The notes below the pieces were generated by a model. It searched no databases. It was not told the DNA's origin and saw nothing but the letters and a program-made list of their open reading frames with translations. Made by a program: the position numbers and the translations under genes. This document shows positions 40,478 to 54,155 of a stretch of 64,000 nt of DNA, in pieces; position 1 is the first letter of the stretch, and every line of letters begins with the position of its first letter. The DNA is from Eledone cirrhosa (lineage: Eukaryota), in assembly GCA_964016885.1 (NCBI GenBank), contig OZ024743.1, positions 9,424,001 through 9,488,000 on the forward strand, in the 5' to 3' direction.

Positions 40478-42096
40478 GGCGGACTATATCGTGATGATGC
40501 ATTGTTTGTTATTAACTCTAGCACCAACAATGTCGAGCATAATAAGAAGAAGCTTTATAAGTTTTTTAAAAGCTATAACCTTTCGATCACGATAGATAGA
40601 AACGATAGAGCGGTCAACTTCTTAGATGTAACTTTGGACTTGGTCACTAATAGTTTTAAACCCTTCCATAAGCCTAATGAAATACTTTCTTACGTTAGTC
40701 CCAATTCTAACCACCCCAAATCTATGATAAGCTCTATAATTAAGGGTATATCTAATACGATTTTCACACTCTCTAAGGACGTAGGAACATTTAATGAACA
40801 TGCGGAGTACTATAATAATGCCCTAGCAAATTTCGGTTACTCTAGTAAAATACATTATAATAATAGTAACCTTAGAAAGTCTCCGCTTACTTATAATAAT
40901 AATAACATAATATCACATAACATGGCCATGAATGGGAGTAGGAAGCATAATAATCGTAGAAATTACATAGGTGTATCTGAACCCATCCATAAGTTAACCC
41001 ACCGGACTCGTAATAGGGAATATGATACCTCTAGGAAACAAGTCGAACCCTCTGAGCACTCACTCATTGGTGATGATTTTTCTAGATCTAATTCTAATAA
41101 TGTTGTTTCTACTGATCCTATTATTGGCCCTAATCCTTTTGATGGGATTCCAGACGGCAGCAGATCTACTAGAGGTAGAAATAGTAATAGACTTAATGGA
41201 ATTTTGGCTGAGTCTAATAATGCGGTTTTAACTAATCCTTGTAATAACCCTAGTCTTAATAATGGGATATTAGATAATGGTAGAGTCGGAAAGGATAAAA
41301 ATAGAAGGAGACTAAATACTTATTTTAACCCGCCATATAATCAGGAAGTATTAACTAATATCCCTAGGTCTTTCTTTTCTATCTTAGAGAAAAATTTCCC
41401 CCTTCTCATAAATACCATATTATTTTTAATAAAAATGTTATTAAACTTTCATTCTCTACCATCCCTAATATTAGTTCTCATTTAGCTAGCACTAACAATA
41501 GGAAAATTAGGGATGGATACTCCTCTCTACATACTACTAGTCTGAACAGATCTGTAAATGCCTTACCACCAGAGTAGACCTTATCTAATAGTAATCCTAC
41601 GTGTAATGCATCACTACTTCAGCCAATCAATAGCACCCGGAAGTGTAACTGTAGAGTGAGTGCTAACTGCCCTTTAAACGGTAACTGCCTCTCTAAGAAC
41701 ATCGTCTATGCTTGCGTAGTTATAACTAATTCCTCTAATAGAACTTATATAGGCTCTACATCTAACACTTTTAAGACTAGGTTTAATTCTCATATCTCTA
41801 ATTTCAAACATGTTAAGTTTAAGAATTCTACTTCTTTAGCACACTATATCTGGGATCTTAAGGGGGCTAATATACCATATAGCCTTAATTGGCGTTTAGT
41901 AGCACGCTCTAATAACCTTTCTACACATACTAAATTTTGTAATCTCTGTATCCTCGAGACACACTCTATAATTTTCTCTAGTGAATCCTTACTTAATAGA
42001 AAGTCTGAGATATTCTCTTCTTGCCCCCACGCTATTTCTAATTCTTACTTTTATTATAAACCTAAAGGTTCTAGTAGTATAAATTGTATCCATTAG
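40478..42096 (+). pseudogene. Penelope-like reverse transcriptase (C-terminal half) and GIY-YIG endonuclease, disrupted
   Basis: GLYRDD, NFLDVTLDL, PFHKPN..YV..SNHP, YFNPPY; frameshift near 41400; stop near 41575; then CNCR..CPLNGNCLSKNIVY..TYIGST..FKTRFNSH..CNLCILE..LLNRKSE. Confidence 0.9.
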
Positions 42097-43763
42097 CTGA
42101 TATATTCCATTATTTATTTTTTTAGTTTAGGTTCTTTTTGTTTACCACCATTATTATCATCATTATTATCATCGGTTTTTGACAACTTTTTATTCTAGCT
42201 CTCATAATCTTTTGGCTACTATACCATATCTATCTTCTTACACATTAAATTTTCACTATTAACACCTTATGAGTATATATCTGATTATATATTTTATATT
42301 ATTTTATTTCATTTTATTTTATTTTATTTGGATTCTTCTTTGGATAACCCCCCCCCCCCCACATGCACACAAACTTATTGTCAACCCCTTCAAATATTTT
42401 ATGATTATATTTAATCCCTCCCCTCTTTTATGCTCCTTTCTATTATATAATACAGTATATTGATTATGATTTTATGCTCCTTTGTATCCTTCATACATTT
42501 CTTTTTTTCTGTCCCTATTAGCCTACCATAATTCTGCTTAAGTCAGTTTTTTAGATATCGTTATATAAATGATAGTAGAATATTTCATTCCTTTATATAT
42601 ATATATTTATAGTGAAATATTGATGTTTAGGAATTTTGATGACTTAAACCATAGCTAATATTGTATTGCCTTATTAGGTATTTTAAATATTTTCAATATT
42701 AATTTATCAAATAGGGTTTTCGAGTCATTTATCTGGGTTGTTTCCTAAGTTTTTACTTAACTGTATGTGAGACCTAAGTAAATACTTTTGTTTTTGTTTT
42801 TTAATTTCCGGTTGATTTTATTTATTTATTTATTAATACTACTGTGCATAATATTTTCTGTCTGGCCCTTATTCACTCATCCACATATATGTCTGTTTAC
42901 CAACCTTGTATTTATAAGTAATTATATATTATATTATGTTCATTATTTTATATTGAAGTCGTTATTGTACTATTGATCCTTATTACTTACCGATGATTTT
43001 ATGAACCATTATGATATGTTAAATTTTATATATCATGTAAGATGTTTATATTTTTGTACCATCATAATTTTGGGTATTGTACAATTTATATTTTTTTCTC
43101 ACCTACTCTGTAACTCTATATGAATTGATTTGTTAACTTACATGCCATTATATATTATATATTATTATATTATTATTATAGTATTATTGTGACATCTATA
43201 TTGTTTGTGTAAATTAACCGGAGATTATCTATTATATTATATTATATTATATTATATATTATGTAATTATATAGTTTATTATATATTATATGTGTTACTT
43301 TTAATCATTTCATTACTTCATGTATATTAGATATTATTATTATTTTTATTCCTATTATGCTTATTTATATTTAAACTCTTAATAAGGTTTAATTTGTGCA
43401 GTTAATGATGGATATGTGTATTGATGTATATGTATATGTGCGTACGTGTGCGTACATATATACATATGTATATTGTGCCTTTTAATTTTAATTTTTAATT
43501 TTAATTTTAATATTGTTACAAGTATATTATATTATATTATATTGTATTATATATAATTCCCACTCTATATAACCACCTTTGTTTAGCTCTAGGTTTTTTT
43601 GCTTTGGACTATATTTGTAATATGGTTCAAAATGTTATCCACCTCCTTAGTGATTTTTATTATATATTTTTATCCATAATCTTCCAATACTTTAGTGTAT
43701 GTACACTCCATATTCTTCGGAGTTTTCGGCTTGTATTGGCCGATAGTACTTCTTGTGGTTTTG

Positions 43764-43808
43764 ATTGCCCTGATGAGTCCTTAATAGGACGAAACATTGT
43801 TGGCTAAT
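43764..43808 (+). ncRNA. Minimal type I hammerhead ribozyme of the Penelope pLTR
   Basis: GCC-CTGATGA-GTCC-TTAATA-GGAC-GAAA-C-ATT-G-T-T-GGC, followed by AATAAA. Confidence 0.85.
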
Positions 43809-43860
43809 AAAAACTTTTGATGTATTGAAGGCTTCTTTGTTTTATTTTCATAATATTTTC

Positions 43861-43906
<46 letters not shown>

Positions 43907-43926
43907 TGTATGTGTGTATTTATGTA

Positions 43927-44502
43927 AGGTCACCAGTTGGTGCTACTGGTAACATGTATCCCAGTACAACCTGTCTCATGGTCGGGTCGTTGGCAACTAA
44001 ACTGGCAACCCCACCAATGTTTCTTGGTGAGGAGGGTGACTTTCGACATCCTGCAGGACTAAAAACAAAACCTGTCAAAGGGCAAAGGAGCTCAAAGGAG
44101 ATGACCCCTTAGCCTTTGTCAAGGCAGAATTCTAGGAGAAGGAAAACTCTGATATAACACCTGCAACCCTGATGGTATCCAATGATGTTAACTTGTTCTT
44201 CTTTTTGGTAAATATCATCTTGGTTAAGAGAGTGGGACTGGCTTTGTGCAATGCCTTTGCTCACTATAAAAGCTTCACGGCACAGGCATTGCTTTATATC
44301 TGGATATCTCTCTGCACTTGTCGTCACATGGTACCATGGGCCCAGCACTATGTGTCAATAATTGTCACAAGTGTAGTGTTTGTACCAGAGTTTTCAAGTC
44401 GCTGGCTGGACTAAAAAGTCACACTCGTTCAGCACATCGGTAGGGGTTCTCCTACATGGATATAAAGTAGTGGCCGTACTCGAAAACGAGTTGGCAGCCA
44501 CT
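43927..44502 (+). mobile_element. Non-autonomous RTE-related element with a (TATG)n tail
   Basis: Closely similar to 51612-52214; its 3' end GGCTGGACTAAAAAGTCACA resembles the RTE 3' end near 50885. Confidence 0.75.
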
Positions 44503-44587
44503 ATGTATGTATGTATGTATGTATGTATGTATGTATGTATGTATGTATGTATGTATGTATGTATGTATGTATGTATGTATGTATGTA

Positions 44588-44631
<44 letters not shown>

Positions 44632-44689
44632 CATATATATATATATTAATTCAAAATATTAACAAAATAAATATTCTTGTGATCAAGTA

Positions 44690-44756
44690 TATTTTATTAT
44701 ACATATTTCAGAGGTACTGAGTTAAGTTCAACAGTACGTCCTCATCAGATAAAATA
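44690..44756 (-). ncRNA. Type I hammerhead ribozyme (inverted copy)
   Basis: Reverse complement of 44839-44905. Confidence 0.8.
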
Positions 44757-44838
44757 AGCTGATGCATGACATACCCTGACTGAATCAGTTGACTGAATCT
44801 TAACCATCTACTATGTCAGGGTATGTCATGCATCATCT

Positions 44839-44905
44839 TATTTTATCTGATGAGGACGTACTGTTGAACTTAACTCAGTACCTCTGAAATATGTATAATA
44901 AAATA
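44839..44905 (+). ncRNA. Type I hammerhead ribozyme
   Basis: Stem I TATTTTAT/ATAAAATA, CTGATGA, stem II GGAC-GTACTG..CAGTAC-CTCT, GAAA, T-ATGT-A, AUA triplet. Confidence 0.82.
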
Positions 44906-45042
44906 TACTTGATCACAAGAATATCTATTTTGTTAATATTTTGAATTAATATTAATAACTCTGGAAAACCTATACTGTTGAGTGCTTTCAATCTATTGTA
45001 AAACTCATTATTTGATGTATTCATTGAACCTTGTTTAACTTT

Positions 45043-45074
<32 letters not shown>

Positions 45075-47999
45075 TATAAAAAGATTGCGAATCTTAATTA
45101 AAAGGTTAAATTCCGTTCTTTTGGAAAATGTTAGCAATCCCCACTTTCGATAGTTATAAGAATAATCATTTTACCATTGTACATTATATTTTCCAAATAC
45201 CGCTGAAATATGTCAAATACAATTAATGAAACGCGGAGAATATGTATTATATATTGAAATAAGTTAAACATTGCAGCATGAGAAGCAACAGAAATTATTT
45301 TAATTGAATAGTAACGGTTATTGAAGAGCTTTTATTCACACACAAAATCAAACAAAAAATTGCAAAATGTAGTCCTATTAACTAGGTGAAGGAGCTGCCA
45401 TTTTATATCAGGAAATATATATCTACATTGTCAAATAAAAGTAGATAAATACTGAATATATGATGATCAAAGTAGACCAGAACAGTCAATTTCATTGAGC
45501 TGTGAATGAAATTGATATTCTTAACATGTCAAGCTGGAAGTACATGGCCATATATGTAGACGTTCAGTTACTGAATAAGTGTGAATTTTAGTTTCCTGGC
45601 AATATATTTTAAATAGTACCAGGGTGTATAATGTTTTATTGTTGTTAGTGCATTCATCGATTACACTCCGGGAAACTATATAACAATGAAGAATAAATTG
45701 TCAAGGTTGATCAATAATACTGATGTCTTGTTTGTTAGAACCTAAGCAAATGTGATGAAACATATAAAGTAAGACTTAACATTCTAGCTGTAATTGGAAT
45801 ATATGAACCCCATAATTTATGGTAATTGACGTTCTGTTATTTCTCACTAACAACACGTGTGCTTCTTTTCAAACAATGCAACAGCGAATAGTAATGCTTG
45901 TGTTTCTAGAGAATTCCACACATAAAATTTTATAAAATTATAATCGAATTTTCAAATATATTATCATTTGAAGCAATTTATTAAATAACACATTTGAGCA
46001 ATACACTTGAAGACAATGATTTAAATCATATACTCTATATTTTTCGGAAAAAACCTCTGAATTTGAAATGGATTTTTAATTTATTTAAACGTGAAATATG
46101 TGTCTTGTGTACATACAAGAAGACAAAAGGCTAAATTATTCACTGGATTCTAAACCACGACCAGGAAATGAATATATTATAAATTTAGTATATTCTCCAA
46201 AAGGAAATATTTGAATTTTTTGCGTTGCTATTAATCCAGGTTTAACAATGTTCAGGTGTATTGTAGACATGACCTACCTGTCGTTTCTAGGAATATATGA
46301 TTACCTTGTCCAACATGTTATAGGTGCTATATTTAACAAATCGAAGACTGCTCTTCAAGAATATGACACTTCAAGATCATTTATAGTTAAGTCGAACATT
46401 TTAGAAAGGTCTTGCATTAAAAACGATTTCATCGTTAGTTTTTATATCTAAATTTAGAGATTTTGAGTAGTTTTAACTACATTCTTTATTGTTCTTGGGT
46501 GGCTTAAATAATTCAGATTAACATAAACCTCTACATTCTGAAGTAAAAAACTAAACCAATGCATGAAACCGCAAATATATATCAAAATTGTAATCATAAA
46601 CTACTTGGGATCATATACAAATTATAACCAGAGACTTCTACAAAAATCAGTACGATATATTAAATATACATAAATAAAAATATAAATTAATAATAACTTG
46701 AAAGATGTTCGACCATTTTCTATTTAAACAATGTAATTGCTTTTAAGTTACAAATCACATTTAGGATAAGTAGAATGGAAATTATTTACGCGTATAAGGC
46801 TGTATTTACGTGTCGGAGCCATGATTGTTTATAATCAATTATGAAGAAGACTGCTAACACTTTCGTCCTATCATCTATTTTCCTAACATCGCATCATGAT
46901 TGTCTCCCGCAGCAATAAGTACAGCTATTGATTTATCCCCTCAATACATCCTATGCAATCAATATTCTTGGCACTGTCTGCTGTTAGACAGCTTTTATCA
47001 ATTTAATGACAAATCAATTTCCCTTCACAACAAATTTTAATATACAAGTTTATTTATCAAATATTTATTTGCTAAATCACATTTCATTAAGGTAGACAAA
47101 GTGAGAATATGAACGCTATGTATTAGAGTTGCAGAACGAGTTATCTAACGAAATATTTCTATGAAATTATTTACTATAAATTGCCCCAATTTTAGACAGT
47201 ATTTAACTCTATTCGGAATAGCAGAAGTATATCGTTTCGGGAATATAAAATTATTAATATAATCTAATTGACGTCGTAACTTCTTCAATGCACTAAAATT
47301 AGACCGGCATTTATATAAGGTAGCAAGCAGTATGGGACTTTCTATTACTGTGAAGTAGTAAATTTCTTTTACAGCTACATATATTTACAGTTGAGGTAAA
47401 CATATAATATAATTGTAAACAAATAACAACAAACACACTGGCGAGATCAGATTAGACAAACGTGTTATCATTTATATCATATTTCTTTCTCAAATATCGA
47501 CCACTTTCTCTACTCTGAAGATGTCCTATAAGCTTAATCTGAAATCCGTTTATATCATATGAACAACGCATAAATGCGAAAACTGAGTAACGATGGAGAA
47601 ATACATCAATTTCAGAGATACAAACATCCACACATACGCACATATGTACATATGTACATATAAGATCTAAAACGTGGCAAGTATAAAGAACAATTTCAGA
47701 GCCGTGGCAGTTCATTTACTCCACAGAGTTTCGGGTTCCGCTGTTTTCTCAACTGAAACAATTAAGTCTCAAATGGATGACCAATCATCTAAATTTTATA
47801 TATATCCATATATTCTCTTCGTATTACAATTACTTCAGGGATACGCGAAAGTCTGAATAACAATAGAGCAATCTCAGCTTTTATACACATACAAACATAC
47901 ACAAACATACATATATACATACATACATACATACATACAATCAAAAGCACTCATAGTCACACACACACGCATATATATATATATATGTGTGTTTGTATG

Positions 48000-48090
<91 letters not shown>

Positions 48091-48092
<2 letters not shown>

Positions 48093-48316
48093 AAAGGGGA
48101 TGACTGAATACGCAAATGTGTGATTTTCTCATTTTTTCCTTTCCTTCCTCTTCTCACTCTTTATCTTGCTATTTAATCTTTTATTTTTAATTCTATTTTC
48201 TGATGAAGGAGAAGGACTAGTGTCCGAAACGTTAGGAGTCTTTTCTTATTATTTCAAGCGATAAACTAATATATTTCTTCGATGTCGTTTGCTTTATTCA
48301 TATCTGTTTTCTTTTT
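48091..48316 (+). mobile_element. Microsatellite-embedded pLTR-like fragment with a minimal hammerhead (48196-48237)
   Basis: TTTT-CTGATGA-AGGAGAAGGACTAGTGTCC-GAAA-CGTT-AGGA; palindromic AACGTT at stem III; stem I is weak. Confidence 0.55.
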
Positions 48317-48447
<131 letters not shown>

Positions 48448-48983
48448 AATATACATATATATAGGAGAATAATTGAAAGTCGATACATCCATTCGTGTTA
48501 ACAGGCTCACAAAATCCAGGGTGTAATCCGTGAAGTATGATGCTGGTAGTTGAAGACAGTGAACATCACAGACAATAAATATTCATTTCAGGGAAAAATA
48601 ACTATAAGCTTTACTCAGTTAAAATAATTTATTTCGACAAACGTTCTTATTAGGAGAGACATAATACCAATCCCCAAGATCACTTCTACGGTGTCTACGA
48701 GTTGCTTGTGCTCATCTGTTTGTACACTAGAGGTATAAATATCAGTTAAATTGTCGTGTATTGATTACTGTTAACTTTTGCTGAACAGGTTATCTGTTTA
48801 TCAGTAGTAGTTTGACCACTGTCTTCAGTGGCTGGCTTTGTAGTGTCAGCCTGCTCTAAATCTGACATTTCCGTTTCTAATGACACATTTTAATTGTTCA
48901 TTTAAATGTTTTTGCGAAAAATCTAATTCTGGGAGTTTGGGCTTCCACAAATATTTTAGCATTATGGTGAATTGGCAGTAAGC

Positions 48984-49151
48984 GCGGTGAATTGGCAGTA
49001 TCGGTAGAGGGTCGGACGCCATGCATTGACGCTTAGAGTTACGCCTCTTCCCATTCTGAGTTCAAATCCCGCCGAGATTAACTTTGCTTTTCATTCTTTT
49101 GGGGTCGATAAAATAAAGTACCAGTAATGCACTGGGTAATTGCTGGCCTTG
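48984..49151 (+). mobile_element. tRNA-derived SINE, 3' truncated
   Basis: Head, B-box GAGTTCAAATCC and core. Confidence 0.85.
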
Positions 49152-49176
49152 TATGTATGTAGGTATATATATATAT

Positions 49177-50932
49177 ATACAGAGGTATATCATTGCTTTC
49201 TGTCGTAGGGAAAGTTTTATGTAGGGTGCTTCTGGACCGTCTGCTGACACACATTGCAGATTGTGTTCTTCCTGAAAGTCAATCTGGTTTTCGTGCTGGA
49301 CGCGGCACTACTGATATGATCTTCTCAGCTAGACAGCTCCAGGAGAGGTGCATGGAACAAGGTTTGGATCTGTATCAGGTATTTGTCGATCTGACAAAAG
49401 TGTTCGATACTGTTAACAGAAATGCATTATGGAAGGTTCTCCAGAAACTTGGTTGCCCTGATAAGTTCCTTGCTTTAGTTAGGTCTTTCCATGACGACAT
49501 GAAGGCTTGGCTTAATGTCGGAGGTAACATGTCGGAGCCTATCTCAGTAAAAAATGGAGTGAAACAGGGGGATATTCCAGCACCAACCCTGTTTGCCATA
49601 TACTTTGCAATGGTTTTCTGTATTGCATTCAGGAATTGCGAGCATGGTGTTTACATCCGATATCGAACCTCAGGCAGCATATTTAACATCAGGCGCTTTG
49701 CTGCAAAGACAAAAGTATTTACAATTTACATCAATCATAAGAGATCTCTTGTATGCAGATGATTGCGATCTTGTAGCGCACACAGAGAGTGATATGCAGC
49801 ACATTTTGAATTCATTTTCTGACGCTTGCACTGCCCTAGGATTGACTGCCAGTCTCAAGAAAACCGTCGTCATGTACCAATCTGCCCCTGGTGAACAGTA
49901 CAGTGAACCAAATATCTATGTGTATGGTAAACGACTTGGAGTGGTTGATCAGTTTGTCTACCTGGGAAGCACTGTCAATCGATACAGCAACCTTGATAGT
50001 GAAATCTCACTTAGGATTAGGAAAGCAAGTGATGCTTTCGGAAAGCTAGAAAGGCGACTCTGGGGTCGGCGAGACATATGCAAGAAGACAAAGGTAAAGG
50101 TGTACAAGGCATGTGTGCTCTCTTGTCTTCTTTATGCCTGCGAGACCTGGGTCACATATCGACACCACCTTAAGCAATTGGAGCGTTTCCATCAGATGTG
50201 TCTCAGACGGATCCATAGCGTTCACTGGAGGGACCACATCAGTGATGTCGAGATTTTGGAAAGTTCTGTGTGACAGTATAGAAGCTCTTGTGCTTAAGCA
50301 ACGACTTCGTTGGAGTGGTCACCTTGCCAGGATGAAGGATTCTAGAATACCAAAACAACTCTTTTATGGAGAGTTAGTTAAAGGAAAACGACCGCCACAT
50401 AAACCAAAAAAGAGGTATAAGGATTCCTTGAAAGCCTCTTTGAAAGACGCTAACATCTCTGCTGATACATGGGAAAATATTGCTGTTGATCGTAATAAAT
50501 GGAGAATGACTGTATATGAGGGAAAAGTTGCCTTTGAGGCATCACGAATCGCATACGAGAAAGTAAAGCGGGATGTGAGGAAGGGCATTGCTGTTGCACT
50601 TCCAGACGGCAAGGGTCCTCCTATCGTGCTGACATGCAGCGTCTGTCGAGACTGCCTAAGCAAAGCTGGACTAGAAAGTCATCTTCGCAGTCATAAAGTA
50701 AGACCAGTGTTTGACTACCAGGCTGTTGTTGGAGATGCTACTCATCATGCTTGCCATGAGGTAGAGAATGTAAATCAGCAGGAGGGCTCAAACGACATGC
50801 AAAAGTACATGAACTCCAACCACAGCTGACTATTCCCAGTGAATGTGTTGGTTGCCGACTCTGTGCAAGACATTTTAGATCATTGGCTGGGCTAAAAAGC
50901 CACATTCGATCGCAGGGCTGTTAGTTGCTATC
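49177..50932 (+). mobile_element. 5'-truncated RTE-clade LINE (RT plus C-terminal C2H2-like finger), two frameshifts
   Basis: YRGISLLSVVGK, LPESQSGFR.GRGTTDMIF, FVDLTKVFD, GVKQG, LLYADD, FVYLGS, RLRWSGHLARM..RIPKQLFYGEL and CSVC..SKAGLESHLRSH. Confidence 0.93.
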
Positions 50933-51105
50933 GTGTGTGTGTGTGTATAGATATGTTTATGTGTGTGCGTGTGTGTGAATATATATATATATATGTATAT
51001 CATTATTGTTGTTGTTGTTGTCGTTATTATTATTGTTATTATTATTATTACTATTGTTATTAATATATATGTATGTGTATGTATGTGTATGTATATATGT
51101 ATATA

Positions 51106-51156
<51 letters not shown>

Positions 51157-51315
51157 TTTCTCGTGCAATGGCGATACACGATAACGACGGGGCAGCCATC
51201 ATATGTATGTGTGTATGTATGTATGTATGTATGTATGTATGTATGTATGTATGTATGTATGTATGTATGTATGTATGTATGTATGTATGTATGTATGTAT
51301 GTATGTATGTATGTA

Positions 51316-51552
51316 TAAAAGCTTCACGGCACAGGCATTGCTTTATATCTGGAGATCTCTCTGCACTTGTTGTCACATGGTACCATGGGCCCAGCACTAT
51401 GTGTCAATAATTGTTACAAGTGTAGTGTTTGTACCAGAGTTTTCAAGTCGCTGGCTGGACTAAAAAGTCACACTCGTTCAGCGCATCGGTAGGGGTTCTC
51501 CTACATGGATATAAAGTAGTGGCCGTACTCGAAAACGAGTTGGCAGCCACCA
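51316..51552 (+). mobile_element. 5'-truncated copy of the non-autonomous RTE-related element
   Basis: Matches 44267-44502; flanked by (TATG)n. Confidence 0.8.
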
Positions 51553-51611
51553 TGTATGTATGTATGTATGTATGTATGTATGTATGTATGTATGTATGTA
51601 TGTATTACGTC

Positions 51612-52212
51612 AGGTCACCAGTTGGTGCTACTGGTAACATGTATCCCAGTACAACCTGTCTCATGGTCGAGTTGTTGGCGACTAAACTGGCAACCCCACC
51701 AAGGTTTCTTGGTGAGGAGGGTGACTTTGGACATCCTGCAGGACTAAAAACAAAACCTGTCAAAGGGCAAAGGAGCTCTTAAGAGTCAATGGCCATCCAA
51801 AATCACCGGGAGAGATGATCCCTTAGCCTTTGTCAAGGCAGAATTCTAGGAGAAGGAAAATTCTGATGTAACACCTGCAACCCTGATGGTATCCAATGAT
51901 GTTGACTTGTTCTTCTTTTTGGTAAATATCATCTTGGTTAAGAGAGTGGAACGGGCTTTGTGCAGTGCCTTTACTCACTATAAAAGCTTCACGGCACAGG
52001 CATTGCTTTATATCTGGAGATCTCCCTGCACTTGTCGTCACATGGTACCATGGGTCCAGCACTATGTGTCAATAATTGTCACAAGTGTAGTGTCCGTACC
52101 AGAGTTTTCATGTCGCTGGCTGGACTAAAAAGTCACACTCGTTCAGCGCATCGGTAAGGGTTCTCCTACATGGATATAAATTAGTCCGTACTCGATAACG
52201 AGTTGGCAGCCA

Positions 52213-52214
<2 letters not shown>
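51612..52214 (+). mobile_element. Non-autonomous RTE-related element
   Basis: Closely similar to 43927-44502 with a short extra segment near 51785-51810. Confidence 0.8.
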
Positions 52215-52265
<51 letters not shown>

Positions 52266-52909
52266 TACACACATATACATGCATACATACATGCCTGTAT
52301 GGATACATACTTACAAACATACATATATTTTCCAGCCAAAAAAATTATCATGTTAAGCTATCTGATTTACGAACATCATTTTTTCACTTAAGATTATACT
52401 TCTAATCAAGGCGACGGTAAATTCCATAGAATGAATTGCTCTCTGTATAAACACATAACTAATTTTTCCGATTACAGGGAGAAGTGAAAACCAAAATGTA
52501 ATAGTGCTTAGCTTTTAATTCAGTGTTCTCTCTTTTCTATCCTTTACACACGTCTTGGAATTTATTAGTATTTAAAACTATTACATGTAAGAATGCTCTT
52601 TATTTTATTTTTCTTCGAGGATAATAATATAGAACATTCAAATATTATTCCTGAGTTTGAATAAATATTTTATGTAAATTAAAAAAAACTTCAGTCATGA
52701 GACAATCTAGATTACTTTTGAGATAAAAAATAACATTAAAGGGAATATTTAAAATAATATTCTCTGGTATTTGAAAGAAAACACATAATTCAATAAAATA
52801 TTCGAAATAAATTCTTTCTTGTCTTCATCAATAGAATTTCAGATGATGAAATGTAATTCTATACTAGATTTCATAAACTAGGTGAACAGTTTCTTCACTA
52901 GGCTGATAG

Positions 52910-52995
<86 letters not shown>

Positions 52996-53033
52996 TCTCT
53001 GTGCATATATACATATATGTATGTATATGTACG

Positions 53034-53070
<37 letters not shown>

Positions 53071-53954
53071 GCGTATACATTCGTATACACACATACAAGT
53101 ACCCACACACCATAACCCACACAGACACACATACGTATATATATATTCATACGTGTACTCACAAACACCCACACACCCAAACCGACACAGATACACACAC
53201 ACACACGTATATATATATATATGTATATATATATATGCATATATATTCGTGTGTGTGTGTAATTTCACTTCATAATATATATATATATATAAATATGTGT
53301 GTGGGGGTGGGGGTGCGGTGGGGGGAGCCGGGTGTGTGTAGATAAGTTAAACTTACGAGCACGTGGTTCTTCATAAAATCACAACCGATTCTCGCTTTGA
53401 AAACTAAATATCGTGTGTTAAAACGTTGTTCCAAAGTTTGCGTGCGCGTGTGCGTGTAAATGTGTGTATGTGTGGGTGTATGAGTGTATGCGTGTGAACA
53501 TGTGTGTGTGTTTGCTCGTGCAAAAGAGAGAAAAAAACTTAATATTTAGGTATGTGATATATAATTTATTATATCACTGAACCAAAACCCGTGTCGTAAT
53601 TACCAGACGTGTTGTACTTAATTGCACTCATCAAACCGTTTGATAATCGAACTGACCATCACTTCACTGCTACAGATTTCCAATTATAATATACAAACAT
53701 GCATACATGTGAACACAGAAATATGTATATATGTATAAATGTTTGTTTCATAAGTTTGTGTGATAAACATACTAGATGTGAACTGAACTAAAAGCTCATA
53801 TACAGTATATAGAATCAATAAAATAATAGTTATGTTGGTTGTTTACTTGGAAGTAAGGAGTAACCACAAATAACAATCACACATAAAGAAAGAGAAGTAG
53901 TGGCACTTTTACACGGAATAAACGTTTAGATTGACTTGTATATATTATATAGAG

Positions 53955-54155
53955 CAGGCATGGTAAACTGAGGGTCTCCCGGGGACAACATGGGTCACAT
54001 ATGTGTTGACTGAGCACGACGACAACTAATTGCGCACATTACAACTAATGTTACAAAGATAAAACATGCTTGCGCTGTAAAAACCTTTGTGCGGGCCCCA
54101 GGTGTGCTTGTAAAGGGCAGCATGTGGCCCGCGGGCCGTATGTCTGACATGCCTG
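53955..54155. mobile_element. hAT-type MITE with a perfect 8-bp TSD
   Basis: Ends CAGGCATG.../...CATGCCTG; ATATAGAG is duplicated at 53947-53954 and 54156-54163; subterminal GGCCCGCGGGCC. Confidence 0.9.

Larger units (their letters stand above)
40461..43865 (+). mobile_element. 5'-truncated Penelope-like element (RT, GIY-YIG, long 3' region, hammerhead) inserted in (TA)n
   Basis: Bounded by TA tracts; contains RT and endonuclease motifs and a terminal HHR followed by AATAAA. Confidence 0.9.
44643..45058. mobile_element. (TA)n-embedded fold-back element with two hammerheads and an A-tail
   Basis: Inverted arms at 44643-44780 and 44815-44952; the plus arm continues through GAGTGC to a poly(A) run and then (TA)n. 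Confidence 0.85.
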
